Below, piece after piece: positions 52,451 to 62,302 of a DNA stretch of 64,000 bases. Origin of the DNA: Rhizobium sp. Q54 (GTDB lineage Bacteria; Pseudomonadota; Alphaproteobacteria; ATCC43930; CGMCC-115725); contig CAMATN010000004.1 of NCBI GenBank assembly GCA_945861155.1, positions 3,237-67,236 of the forward strand, given 5' to 3'. The notes below the pieces were generated by a model. The model was not told where the DNA came from. It worked only from the letters and a program-made list of their open reading frames with translations, and did no database searches. Each line of letters begins with the position of its first letter. The first letter of the stretch is position 1. The translations under genes and the position numbers were made by a program.

Positions 52451-53605
52451 ATGAAACCAGTCGCGGTTGTCGGTTTGCTTGGCTGCCTGCTGGCCGGATG
52501 CTCGGCTCTGCCGACCGCGGGGCCGACCGCGAGCGATGTCAGGCGCCAGGAGGTCGAGAACAACCAGATCCGCTTCGATCTGGTCGATATCGACGACAAC
52601 GTCGTGGCCGCCTTGCGGGCCGCACCGGGCGAAAGCTTACAGGCTCGCTTCAAGAAATACGGCGCGCCGCCGCAAGCCAGGATCGGCATCGGCGACAGCG
52701 TCGTCGTGTCGATCTGGGAGGCCGCCGGCGGTGGCCTGTTCGGCGCCTCCGCGACCGATCAGGTATCGACCGGGTCGCGCAGCGTCACCATTCCCGAGCA
52801 GGTGGTCGGGCGCGACGGCGGGCTCAGCGTCCCGTTTGCCGGCCGCGTGCCGGTCGCCGGACGGCTCCCCATCGAGGTGCAGCGAGCGATCGAGCGTCGG
52901 CTCGCCGAAAAGGCCATCGAGCCGCAAGTCATCGTCAGCGTCACCAAGAGCCTCGCGAACAGCGTGACGGTCACCGGCGAAGCGGTGTCCGGCGCGCGGG
53001 TGCCGCTGTCGGTCAGAGGCGACCGCCTGCTCGATCTGATCGCCGCGGTCGGCGGCACGCGATCGCCGGTTTACGAAACCTTCGTGCGGCTGTCGCGAGG
53101 CGGCGTCACCGCGACGATCCCGATGGAAGCGCTGGTCTCGAACCCCGCCGAGAACATTTATGCCCAACCGGGCGACGTTTTGACGCTGGTGCGGCTGCCG
53201 CAATCCTTCACCGCCTTTGGCGCGACCGGCGCCAACGCGCAGATCCCGTTTACCGCCGAGAAAATGACGCTCGTCGAAGGCCTCGCCAAGGCCGGCGGAC
53301 TGCAGGATCAACGGTCCGACCCGGCCGGGGTTTTCCTGTTCCGTTTCGAGCCGCCCGGAATCGTCAACGCGCTGGGGCGGCCGCAACTGCGCACCGGGCC
53401 CGACGGATCCTCTCCGGTGGTCTATCGGCTCGACCTGCGCAATGCCAAATCCTATTTCATGGCGCAGCGCTTCCCGCTCCACGACAAGGACATCATCTAC
53501 GTCGCCAATGCCGATCTGAACGAATTGCAGAAATTCTTCGGCCTGCTGAATACGCTGACCGGACCGGTTATTTCCGGAATCGTGGTGAAGGGCGCGGTGC
53601 CCTAG
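52451..53605 (+). CDS. polysaccharide export outer-membrane lipoprotein (Wza/KpsD/GumB family)
   Basis: Lipobox LLAGCS. Poly_export pattern (IGIGDSVVVSIWE…) and SLBB-like repeats (PGDVLTLV, DKDIIYV). Confidence 0.8.
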   Translation: MKPVAVVGLLGCLLAGCSALPTAGPTASDVRRQEVENNQIRFDLVDIDDNVVAALRAAPGESLQARFKKYGAPPQARIGIGDSVVVSIWEAAGGGLFGASATDQVSTGSRSVTIPEQVVGRDGGLSVPFAGRVPVAGRLPIEVQRAIERRLAEKAIEPQVIVSVTKSLANSVTVTGEAVSGARVPLSVRGDRLLDLIAAVGGTRSPVYETFVRLSRGGVTATIPMEALVSNPAENIYAQPGDVLTLVRLPQSFTAFGATGANAQIPFTAEKMTLVEGLAKAGGLQDQRSDPAGVFLFRFEPPGIVNALGRPQLRTGPDGSSPVVYRLDLRNAKSYFMAQRFPLHDKDIIYVANADLNELQKFFGLLNTLTGPVISGIVVKGAVP

Positions 53606-53638
53606 ACGTGGTGCTATTCAGACACTTCCCACCCAACC

Positions 53639-53703
53639 CGTCATCCCGGCGCAGGCCGGGATCCATGTCTGGCGTGGATCCCGGCCTTCGCCGGCATGAC
53701 AAG
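53639..53703. repeat. MITE-like palindromic repeat, copy 4 (short form)
   Basis: CGTCATCCCGGCGCAGGCCGGGATCCAT … TGGATCCCGGCCTTCGCCGGCATGACAAG. Confidence 0.8.
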
Positions 53704-53857
53704 CTTATGGGTATGTTGCGTGAGGTGTTACCACTAGACGCCGTTCCCGGCTCGCTCGGAGCGGCGGCTGTCCCAGCCCTCTGCTGGCGGGGTAAGTTCG
53801 CGTAGCGCCAAATTCGCGCCGCGCTCAAAATCCCCGACTTGGACCCGGCTTTTTGCA

Positions 53858-55126
53858 ATGATCGCTCTCGACCTGTCACGGCTCTTGTCGCGCGCCGGGC
53901 GGGGCACCCCGACCGGGATCGATCGCGTCGAACTCGCCTATGCCGAGCACCTGATCGCGAGTGGTGCGCCGGCCTCGTTCACGGCGGTCGGCGCCCACGG
54001 CGGACTCGCCTTGCTGACCCGGCGGATAGCCGACGACTTCGTCGCCGAGATCGGCGCCGCTTGGCGTGGCGGGAGCGATTCCCTGGCGCAAATGGGACAG
54101 GACCGGCGCGTCCGCCAGCTCGCGCGGCACGCCCGGATGGCGCTCCTCGCCGGAAGCGGGCGGGTGCTGCTGTCGCGGCTGCGCGCCAGCGCCGCGCCGC
54201 CGGTCTATTTGCTGGTGTCGCACCACCACCTCGAAAAGCGCCGGCTGATTGCGCGCCTCAAAGAACGCAGCCCGGCGCGTTTCGTCTGCCTGATCCACGA
54301 TCTGATACCGATCGAGTTTCCCGAATACGCCAAGCCCGGCCAGGCCGAACACCATCTCCGCCGGATCGAGACGGCGGCCCGGTTCGCCGACGCGCTGATC
54401 GTCAACTCGGCGGTGACGCGCGAGGCGCTGCAGCCGCATCTCGATCATGCCGGGCGCAACCCGCCGGTTCTGGTCGCGCCGTTCGGCGCCGATTTGCCGC
54501 CGGCGTCGCGCGCCGAGGGGCCGCCCTTCGAACGGCCGTATTTTGTTTATGTCAGCACGATCGAAGCCCGCAAGAACCACCTGCTGCTGCTCAATGTGTG
54601 GCGCCGGCTGGCGACGGAAATGGGCGATCGCGCGCCGCTGTTGGTGCTGGTCGGGCAGCGCGGCTGGGAGACCGAGAATGTCGTCGATATGCTCGATCGC
54701 TGTCCGGCACTGCGCGGCTCGGTGATCGAACACAACACTTTGCCCGATGCGGCGATGGTGGGGCTGCTCAAGGGCGCCTGCGCGTTGCTGCTGCCGTCCT
54801 TCGCCGAGGGTTTCGGGTTTCCGCTGATCGAAGCGCTGCAACTCGGCGTCCCGGCGCTGTGCAGCGACATCGCCGCGTTGCGCGAGACCGGCGACACGGT
54901 CCCGGAATTCCTCGACCCGCTCGACGGGCCGGGCTGGCGCACCGCGATCCTCGACTACGCGACGCCGGGCTCGCCCCGACGCGCGGCTCAGCTCACCCGT
55001 CTTGCGGGCTGGGACCCGCCTCGCTGGGACGCCCATTTCGCCATCGTCGACCGCTTCATCGCGGCGGCCGCCGGCAACCCCCGTCCCGATCGGCAATCGA
55101 CGACGTGTGTTGCTCAGGCGACCTGA
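53858..55126 (+). CDS. glycosyltransferase family 1/4
   Basis: …YFVYVSTIEARKNH…LLLPSFAEGFGFPLIEALQLGVPALCSD (E-x7-E region). Confidence 0.8.
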   Translation: MIALDLSRLLSRAGRGTPTGIDRVELAYAEHLIASGAPASFTAVGAHGGLALLTRRIADDFVAEIGAAWRGGSDSLAQMGQDRRVRQLARHARMALLAGSGRVLLSRLRASAAPPVYLLVSHHHLEKRRLIARLKERSPARFVCLIHDLIPIEFPEYAKPGQAEHHLRRIETAARFADALIVNSAVTREALQPHLDHAGRNPPVLVAPFGADLPPASRAEGPPFERPYFVYVSTIEARKNHLLLLNVWRRLATEMGDRAPLLVLVGQRGWETENVVDMLDRCPALRGSVIEHNTLPDAAMVGLLKGACALLLPSFAEGFGFPLIEALQLGVPALCSDIAALRETGDTVPEFLDPLDGPGWRTAILDYATPGSPRRAAQLTRLAGWDPPRWDAHFAIVDRFIAAAAGNPRPDRQSTTCVAQAT

Positions 55127-55192
55127 ACGCGAGACGATAGCGGTCATCGCCCGCGGATAATCCGGGGCAAAACCGTTTGGGGAATACGGACG

Positions 55193-55645
55193 ATGCTGGA
55201 AAACCGAGAGGGCGGTTGCCATTGCGGCCGGGTACGGTTTCGCGCCCGGGTCGATTTGGACCGGTTGTCGCAGTGCAACTGTACCGTTTGCACCAAGAAG
55301 GGGATCCTTCACCTGCCCATCGCGCCGGAGGATTTCGAATTGCTGCGGGGCAAGACCTCGCTAACCACCTATACTTTCGGCACCGGGGTGGCGCAGCACA
55401 GTTTCTGCTCCAATTGCGGCATGCACGCGTTTTACGTGCCGCGCTCGCAACCCGACAAGATCACCGTCAACGCGCGCTGTCTCGACGGCATCGACGGGCC
55501 GAGCCTTAAGCCGACCCGGTTCTTTGAAGGCCGCCACTGGGAGGAAGCCCAGCGCAGGCGGATCGCGGAAGAAGGGCGCGCGCCCGCAACCGGGTTGAAC
55601 GGGGCGGTGACGCTGCAGGGCATCCTGGACCGCGCGCCCGAATAA
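55193..55645 (+). CDS. GFA (CENP-V / glutathione-dependent formaldehyde-activating) family protein
   Basis: GGCHCGRVRF…CNCTVC…FCSNCG zinc-binding Cys pattern. Confidence 0.8.
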   Translation: MLENREGGCHCGRVRFRARVDLDRLSQCNCTVCTKKGILHLPIAPEDFELLRGKTSLTTYTFGTGVAQHSFCSNCGMHAFYVPRSQPDKITVNARCLDGIDGPSLKPTRFFEGRHWEEAQRRRIAEEGRAPATGLNGAVTLQGILDRAPE

Positions 55646-55858
55646 CTTCGCCCGCGACCAGCGCGTTGCAACAACGGTAACGAGAGGTGGCGGAGGGGAT
55701 GTCCGCATCATTATCAAAAATTGTCGCGCGATATCCGTTGGTTATATTTCAGAGTGGCACCAATTCCCCCACTCATTCCCCCTTCAGCATCGCGCTTGAC
55801 CGATACCGCATGATGCAGCGGGATACAAGCTATGCACAGCGCGCAGGCGGTTGTCACC

Positions 55859-56061
55859 TCATCGCGTCGCCCCGCTGACAACGAAATCGATCTCCCGCCC
55901 GCCGCAGGCCGAGCACCGCAGCCGCGCCGCCCAATCGATGACGGTCGTTGCCTCGCCGTGGTGCTCAGCTTGGTCGGCGACGTCGGGCTCGGCGCGGTGC
56001 CCACACCCTTGCACCACACGAGCAGCCGGACCTTTGCGGCGAGCGCCTGGCCCAGCGTCAT
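55859..56061 (-). pseudogene. small zinc-ribbon protein gene with a 1-nt deletion in a G-run
   Basis: MTLGQALAAKVRLLVWCKG (frame 1) continues as CGHRAEPDVADQAEHHGEATTVIDWAARLRCSACGGREIDFVVSG (frame 2). The junction is at the CCC run 56006-56008. Confidence 0.5.
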
Positions 56062-56106
56062 CGGCGCCGACTCGCCCTCGCTTCGATTGCGCCTCATAAT
56101 CCTGCA

Positions 56107-56284
56107 ATGACGCCCGATCTCACCGACGACGACAAGGGCGATCCTCGCCGAGCTGCTGCGCGAGACGATCGAGCGCGACCGCTACCCGCTGTCGCCGCGC
56201 ATCCGCAGCCTGAAGGCGATCCTCGGCAAGCTCTCGCCGCGGGGCGGAGATGACCCATTTGGCGAGGCTCAGACGCGGCGTTAG
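56107..56284 (+). pseudogene. small conserved alphaproteobacterial protein gene with a 1-nt insertion in a G-run
   Basis: ATG-frame MTPDLTDDDK, then the +1 frame AILAELLRETIERDRYPLSPRIRSLKAILGKLSP…, which has no start of its own. The junction is at the GGG run 56136-56138. Confidence 0.5.
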
Positions 56285-56405
56285 GGCGGGGCGTTGGCGA
56301 AGAAGCAGCGGAGGGTGCCGGCCGCTGTCGACGATTAACCCACTCGAAAGAGATTCCGTGTAATTTGGCCTACTCGTTGGGACACACCCCTATTGGAGCA
56401 GTCAG

Positions 56406-56567
56406 ATGATCAGCACCTTGAGGCAGCTATTTAAGAACGAAAACGGAGCCACCGCGATTGAGTACGGCCTGATCGCCGCGTTGATCGCCGTCGCCGCGAT
56501 CGCCGCGTTCCAGCTCGTCGGCACCAACCTGAGCAGCATGTTCAACACCGTCGCCGGCCAGCTGTAA
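56406..56567 (+). CDS. flp: Flp-family type IVb pilin (53 aa, below the ORF-track cutoff)
   Basis: MISTLRQLFKNENGATAIEYGLIAALIAVAAIAAFQLVGTNLSSMFNTVAGQL carries the G/ATAIEY Flp signature. SD GGAG upstream. Confidence 0.85.
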   Translation: MISTLRQLFKNENGATAIEYGLIAALIAVAAIAAFQLVGTNLSSMFNTVAGQL

Positions 56568-57133
56568 TCCCGCTGCGCTCCGGCATATCGCGCTCGACGG
56601 GCTCCCGGCGGCCGATATTAGCGCCAGGAGCGGCATTTTCCCGCGCCGAGCGGCGCCAGCCATGGCAGTAATCACCACGGCTGGCGGCCGTCAGACCGAA
56701 AGGGGGTCGTCAATAGTGGACACCCTTGGCGCCCAGGGCGCTCAGCGCGGATCGGTGCCGCCCGGACCGTAGGCGGCCCGGCGCCGGTCGAGCCATTCCT
56801 TCATGCTGTGCTTATTGAGCCATGCAGCGGCGGCGGCAAGCGCGGCGGCTTGGTGGAAGCGTCTTTCTCGTCGCTGACCGGGCCGCCCTCGCGCAGCACG
56901 TCGCCGCTCAGCTTGTCCGCCGCGATCACGCCCGCGAACTCGACCAGGGCCAAGATCGCGTCGGCCGTGCTCGGTGTCTCCCAGAGCCAATCATCAACGG
57001 CAAGCCCTGCACACAGCGCCTGAGACAATTTAGCGCCGAGGCGAACGCATCGAATACCGACTTGTCCGCGTTTGCCTCAACGGACGCGGACAAGCCCCGC
57101 CCTCAGCGCAACGTGTTCAAAAGGTTTCTCACA

Positions 57134-57397
57134 ATGAATGTTTCGATGAAGATCGATCCCGACAGGGCGCTGAACGGCGATTTCGGCGAAAATTCTGACC
57201 GCCCTGGCTGGGTACAAGGCTGGGGTGTCATTAAGGGGCCGCCCGAGGATCGCGAATTTGCCGGTATCTTTGTGAACCGGGATGACGCCGAAGCCGAAGC
57301 CGAAAGGGCCGGTCCCGGCTTCGAGGCGCGATGGGGAAGTTTCTACAAGAGCGAGAGCGACTTCATCACCGGCGACACGGACGCCCCGGTGCCCTGA
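57134..57397 (+). CDS. hypothetical 87-aa acidic protein
   Basis: Internal ATG of ORF 56822..57397. No motif recognised. Confidence 0.35.
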   Translation: MNVSMKIDPDRALNGDFGENSDRPGWVQGWGVIKGPPEDREFAGIFVNRDDAEAEAERAGPGFEARWGSFYKSESDFITGDTDAPVP

Positions 57398-57589
57398 CCG
57401 CCAGGCAAGCCCACGGCCTCCGCGCAATGGGGTCGGCCCTTCTGACCTACGCGTCCGCCCGGGATGGCCCTGCTGGAGCCCGTTACACGCACGAAAGCCC
57501 CGGACCCTCCCCCCCACAGTCCGACAGCGAACAGCGCCACAGGCGCTCACCGTTCGTGGGTTGCCGGGGCTTTAGCAGGACGATGCACC

Positions 57590-58082
57590 ATGGCCTTCCG
57601 CTTTTCGCGACGCATCAAGATCCTGCCCGGGCTCTCGCTCAAACCTCGGCAAGCGCGGTGCCTCCGTCTCGGCCGGCGTGCCGGGCGCGCGGTTCACGGT
57701 CGGCAGCAGCGGGGCGCGCTCGACGATCGGCATACCCGGAACCGGGCACAGCTACACGATGACGCAAGGCGGGCGGCGCACGCCCGAGCCTGTGCCGCCC
57801 AGGCGTCCAGAAGCGATCCGCCGGCTGATCGAGATTGCGCTCAAATCAACAGTCGCCATGATTATTTGCGCGCCTCTTGCATTGGCCGCGGCTACGGGCA
57901 ACGAATCTCACGATCGCCTGACCGCCCTATCCCCGAGAGAACAAGCCCTTTTGTTGGGCTCACTGGACCCGGATGGACGGTGCATCGGAACGTACGCATT
58001 CACTCAAACTCAGCTACATGGAGCGTCCGTTGCGCAAGGAAACACTGAAATAAGGCGTCTTTTCGCCGCTCGCATCGGGTAG
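57590..58082 (+). pseudogene. DUF4236-type protein gene with a 1-nt insertion in an A-run
   Basis: MAFRFSRRIKILPGLSL, then after AAA (57641-57643) the +1 frame gives LGKRGASVSAGVPGARFTVGSSGARSTIGIPGTGHSYT…, the usual DUF4236 continuation. Confidence 0.55.
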
Positions 58083-58116
58083 AATCGGCTGGTTCGTGGG
58101 GGTCGGGGGCGGGCCG

Positions 58117-58370
58117 ATGGAGCGGCAGGGGAGCTTTTTGCAGGCGGAATACGCCGGCAAGAAGAGGCAGACGCGGCGCGACAAGTTCTTGGCCGAGATG
58201 GAGGCGGTGGTGCCGTGGGCGCGGCTGGTGGAGCGGCTGCGGCCGCTACCTGCCGCTCGACCCATCGCGAACTCCCCTATCGATACGTTGTTTCGGCTCC
58301 GAGGCGCTTCACTCGCATCGATTCGAGGGATTACACTGCGTTCCGGCGCCGCCCAGCGCTGGATTAGCAG
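58117..58370 (+). pseudogene. IS5-family transposase N-terminal remnant
   Basis: MERQGSFLQAEYAGKKRQTRRDKFLAEMEAVVPWARLVERL matches the N-terminal (DUF772-like) region of IS5-group transposases. The sequence then degenerates and no DDE domain follows. Confidence 0.55.
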
Positions 58371-58600
58371 AACGAGTCGAGATACTGAAGGAACTCATGC
58401 CGCCGAGCATGCGGGATGTTCCGGTGATCTTCGCCGCCTTGCACTTTATCGTATCGTAGGCACCAGAGATGGACCGGCACATACTCCCGGATGAGCTGAC
58501 GAATAACGATCTGGTTTAGCCCGCGATGTTCTTTGTTGTTGATCGCTTCGGCCAAAGCCTCGTCCGTGATCGTACTAGACGGCGGTACCACTTTGACTTC

Positions 58601-58762
58601 TCAGAGGCCGTTTGCGGCATTGCTGAAGAACCCCGTGACCGAGGTGCCAATCGACATCAGCAAGGCTATGAGAAGCAGCGCGATGAACAACACGATCATC
58701 GCGTATTCGATAGCAGTGGCCCCGGATCGGGCAGTCAGGAGCCGAATTAAGGTGATCTGCAT
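58601..58762 (-). CDS. flp: Flp-family type IVb pilin (53 aa, below the ORF-track cutoff)
   Basis: MQITLIRLLTARSGATAIEYAMIVLFIALLLIALLMSIGTSVTGFFSNAANGL. Confidence 0.85.
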   Translation of the reverse strand: MQITLIRLLTARSGATAIEYAMIVLFIALLLIALLMSIGTSVTGFFSNAANGL

Positions 58763-58807
58763 GACAATTTGAAGCCGGAAAATCGGAGCATTTCTGTATC
58801 CCTTCGT

Positions 58808-59284
58808 CTATTCGATGCAGCTGCTGAACGCACCGAACGCCAGCCGCACGAGTGCGCCATCGTCGGCGGTTAGCGGTATGAACGCGGCGCGATACAGTTC
58901 CCGCCGGCCGTCCTCCCGCTCCACCGCCCCCTCAAGCCGCACGGGAGCGTCCCCAGCGACGGCATCCCGGCAGCCGCGCAAGAATACGTCCGAAAACCGC
59001 TTCGGCACTTTTCGGGTGAGCGCCCGCGACGGCGTCTTTCGCGGAAGCATTTCGAGCAGGCGGCCAAAATCAGCGCCGTGAAGCAATAGCGCCGTATCCT
59101 CAATGTCTGGACCGATGGCGAGGATAAATCGATGCGACCAGTCCTCAGTATGGAGGGCTTCGAGATCGAGCGCGGCGATCGTCGCATTTCCCTTAAGCGC
59201 GGTCACCCTGTCCCGCCAATAGGCGATGGCACGTTCGGGTATGCGCCGCTCCTGTCCCTGAAGCCGCTCCTCGACAACTGTCAT
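58808..59284 (-). CDS. hypothetical protein, possibly a PAS-like sensor fold
   Basis: ORF 58808..59311 starts at a TTG; the ATG is at 59284. AIAYWRDRV…HRFILAIGPD… vaguely resembles PAS_5-type proteins. Weak call. Confidence 0.4.
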   Translation of the reverse strand: MTVVEERLQGQERRIPERAIAYWRDRVTALKGNATIAALDLEALHTEDWSHRFILAIGPDIEDTALLLHGADFGRLLEMLPRKTPSRALTRKVPKRFSDVFLRGCRDAVAGDAPVRLEGAVEREDGRRELYRAAFIPLTADDGALVRLAFGAFSSCIE

Positions 59285-59709
59285 TGTAATCCGCCGCGGT
59301 CGCGTCGACAATCCATCATGCTACCGCGGAGCCGTTAACGTCATGTTACTCGACGCTTGGATCACTCAAGGTGTTGACGGAGATGCTGGCTCGATCAGTA
59401 TGCCCCTGGGCGCTGATTTGGCCCCTCGACAGAGCGGCGCCGCCGCTTCACATTTGCCCCCCGCTGCGCCCGATCGTGCGACGCCTCAGACTCCTATCGA
59501 TCTCGCCCCCTTGGTCGTCCTGCCGGGATCATTGCCGCTGGCGGGCCGCGCACTCGAGGCGAAGTCTCGTAAAGAGTCCCGAAAACGCGCGCACGTTCTA
59601 TCCGATTTCAGGACCTTCACACATTTAATGAATTAGTAAGAAAAACCCCGCAAAATGATGCGGGCCATCGGGTACCAACCTTCTGCCGTGAAGGAGCGGC
59701 TCGATTGAG

Positions 59710-61107
59710 ATGATGAACAAAATTTCGCGTTTACGCGCTCTGGCGCGACATTTCGTTGACGATCAGCGCGGTGTAACCGCGATCGTAACAGCCATTGGCC
59801 TGCTCGTGATATTGGGTTTTGCCGGGTTGGCAATCGACGTCGGTTATTGGCAAGTCGCGTTGTCCAGAATGCAGAAGACAGCCGATAGAGCCGCCGCCGC
59901 CGGGGCCACGGCGCTGTTGGCCGGAGGAAGCGGCTCCAACGCAATCCTTCAAAGCAGGGCCATCGCGGCAACCTCCGGATTCGTCCACAACACCGACGGG
60001 ACAACGGTCGCCGTCAACATGCCGCCGAGTGCCGGCCCCAATCAGAGCAACTCCTCCGCCGTTGAGGTCATCATCACGCAGCCACAACCGCGTTGGTTCA
60101 CCCGTTTCTTTGTCGCAACGGCGCCGATTGCGCGGGGGAGAGCGGTGGCGATGCCCGGAGCTTCCGCAGCCGCCTGCATACTGGCCTTGCATCCGACCGC
60201 TCCCAACACGATAGATGTCTCCGGAAATCCGACGATCAGTGCGCCTGATTGCGTGGTCGTGTCGGACTCGAACAGTACTAGCGCAGTTCACCTCCAGGGC
60301 AGCGCCAGCCTGACCGCCGCGACGGTCGTCACTCCCGGCCAGATCGCCTTCACCGGCAATGCCTATACCCTCACTTTGGGTTCTCCAGCGCAGACCGGCG
60401 CACAACCCGTTCCCGACCCCTACGCCAGCACGCTGACCCACGCTGCGCTGACGGCGGGCATGCCGACCACCCCCGCCTGCACCAGGAGCGGCAACACGTG
60501 GTCCGGCAATTGCGTTGTTCCTGGCGGTTCGATAGGGAACGGGCGCACACTTTCCGCCAATACCCGCATTTCCGGCGGATTGTCGATCAAGAATACGACG
60601 GTGAACTTGTCGCCGGGGACTTATTGGGTCACCGATGGCGACTTGGAGCTTGATAGCGGAAGTGGGGCAACCCTCAGATGCCCGACCTGCACGCCGGGCG
60701 GAGCGGGGGTCACGATCATTCTGACAACGGCCCAATCGAGCGGCGGGACAGTCGGCACCTTAGAACTGAAGTCCAATGCGAACCTGAATCTGAATGCGCC
60801 GAGTTCAGGCACCTTCGCCGGTAAGGTCATAATCCAGGACTCTCACAGCTTGCCGGCCGGCACGACCATGCATACCACAAGCAACGCGCAGGCTAATGCC
60901 ACGGAGACCCTCGGCGGGCTCGTCTATTTCCCGAAAACGGCCATAACCTTTCAAGGAGGTCCTGGTGCCACAGGGCCAAAATGTTTGGTCCTCGTTGCGA
61001 ATACAATTGGGTGGCAGGGGAATCCGGGCTTTGTCACGTCCGGGTGCGCAAGTGTCGGACTCACAACCCTGCCGCAGGTCCCAAGCGGCACCCGCGTGGT
61101 GGAATGA
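59710..61107 (+). CDS. TadG-like Flp pilus assembly / pseudopilin protein
   Basis: N-terminal DDQRGVTAIVTAIGLLVILGFAGLAIDVGYWQ (Tad/TadE-G-like membrane anchor), then a Thr/Gly/Ser/Asn-rich beta-rich region. Confidence 0.7.
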   Translation: MMNKISRLRALARHFVDDQRGVTAIVTAIGLLVILGFAGLAIDVGYWQVALSRMQKTADRAAAAGATALLAGGSGSNAILQSRAIAATSGFVHNTDGTTVAVNMPPSAGPNQSNSSAVEVIITQPQPRWFTRFFVATAPIARGRAVAMPGASAAACILALHPTAPNTIDVSGNPTISAPDCVVVSDSNSTSAVHLQGSASLTAATVVTPGQIAFTGNAYTLTLGSPAQTGAQPVPDPYASTLTHAALTAGMPTTPACTRSGNTWSGNCVVPGGSIGNGRTLSANTRISGGLSIKNTTVNLSPGTYWVTDGDLELDSGSGATLRCPTCTPGGAGVTIILTTAQSSGGTVGTLELKSNANLNLNAPSSGTFAGKVIIQDSHSLPAGTTMHTTSNAQANATETLGGLVYFPKTAITFQGGPGATGPKCLVLVANTIGWQGNPGFVTSGCASVGLTTLPQVPSGTRVVE

Positions 61108-61145
61108 GGCTGGCAATCAGATTGAGGAGTGGTCCCAATGGCGGG

Positions 61146-61907
61146 TCAACCGACCTCCACATGAATTCCACAGTCCCTTCGCCGAGCGCGCCGGCGATAG
61201 TTCCCCCACTTCCGGCCGTACCTAAATAACAACCGCTCTAGCGGCTGAGGACATTCGTGATCAGCTTGCCCCCGATCGCGAGAACGCCTATTAATGCGCC
61301 GGCATACGTGAAAGGATAGGCTTGCGGCGCGGAACCGGCCCCAAAACCAACCAGCACTAGCTTGCTGCTCACCCTTCAATTCGATGTGAGCTAGGACACC
61401 CACCAAAAGCACTAAAAAGGCCAGTAAAATTGGCGTTAGCAGGCTCACTGCCAATATAAAAAACAGAAAGTCGATGATTTCCAGAACCGAAATCATTGTA
61501 AAAATTACGAGAGCTTCAATCAGGAGAGTGAGAACGATCGTTAGCAATGGGCTGGAGTATTTTATGGCCGACCATCGGCTGTTGTAAATGCGTCGAAATA
61601 TACCCCTCAAAAGCAGGAAGACATGGACTGGAGCAACGACGACTAGGGCGATACAGAAGGCAAATTCAGCGTATTGTATCCATGCGGCGGACCCCAGACT
61701 CCGCTCGACAGCACCGAAACGCAAGGATAGTGATGTGGCGATTTTTAGAATAGGATCTCCTACAAGGAGCAGCGCCCAGGAAACAATGATTAGATTGCCA
61801 GCTAAGAGCAACGAGCTTAGAAACACCCCAATTCTTTTATTAGGCCGTAATACCGCAGTAAAAATTCGCCGCGGTGCATCCAATACCGAAATTGACCTCC
61901 ACCGCAA
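61146..61907 (-). CDS. hypothetical polytopic membrane protein in a low-GC patch
   Basis: TTG start. At least 5 hydrophobic segments. Local GC is clearly below the flanks. Confidence 0.45.
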   Translation of the reverse strand: MRWRSISVLDAPRRIFTAVLRPNKRIGVFLSSLLLAGNLIIVSWALLLVGDPILKIATSLSLRFGAVERSLGSAAWIQYAEFAFCIALVVVAPVHVFLLLRGIFRRIYNSRWSAIKYSSPLLTIVLTLLIEALVIFTMISVLEIIDFLFFILAVSLLTPILLAFLVLLVGVLAHIELKGEQQASAGWFWGRFRAASLSFHVCRRINRRSRDRGQADHECPQPLERLLFRYGRKWGNYRRRARRRDCGIHVEVG

Positions 61908-62302
61908 TAAATGCTTGAACTAGCCACAGGCCAACCGTTTGTTTCGCGCCCAGGAAGAAGCTGGATTTGTCCAGGACCTTCCCAATTATTACTGCTAGGC
62001 ACGCCACGGTTATCACTTGAAACCATCCAGACATCTCGTACCGGCTTATTTATCCGAAAGTGGGTTGAATGTCTTGGTCATCGTAGCACGACACTCAGTA
62101 GGTTTCGGCCTACAGGTGCAGGCAGAATCGACGAGGCGACTGTTGAGCCAGCTGTGGTGGCCTTTGAGAGTACGTCGGTTAAATATATGCCACCGGACGC
62201 GACGGAAGAAAAGGTGACATTCTCCCCAGTAATCTATCGGCCCTCCGACAGTCAATCAGCGCGGACGGTGCTCTGCCCTATCCCTTAAATCCGCGTCATC
62301 TC

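Noticed and set aside
53839-55312. 433-aa plus-strand and 478-aa minus-strand ORFs over the glycosyltransferase gene
   Set aside because: These are alternate-frame and antisense Arg-rich shadows. Only the 53858..55126 frame shows the GT1/GT4 E-x7-E region.
56742-57028. Two overlapping minus-strand ORFs (75 and 82 aa), considered as a fourth frameshifted gene
   Set aside because: I could not recognise a family that would show the two frames belong to one protein. Composition alone is not enough, so I left it unannotated.
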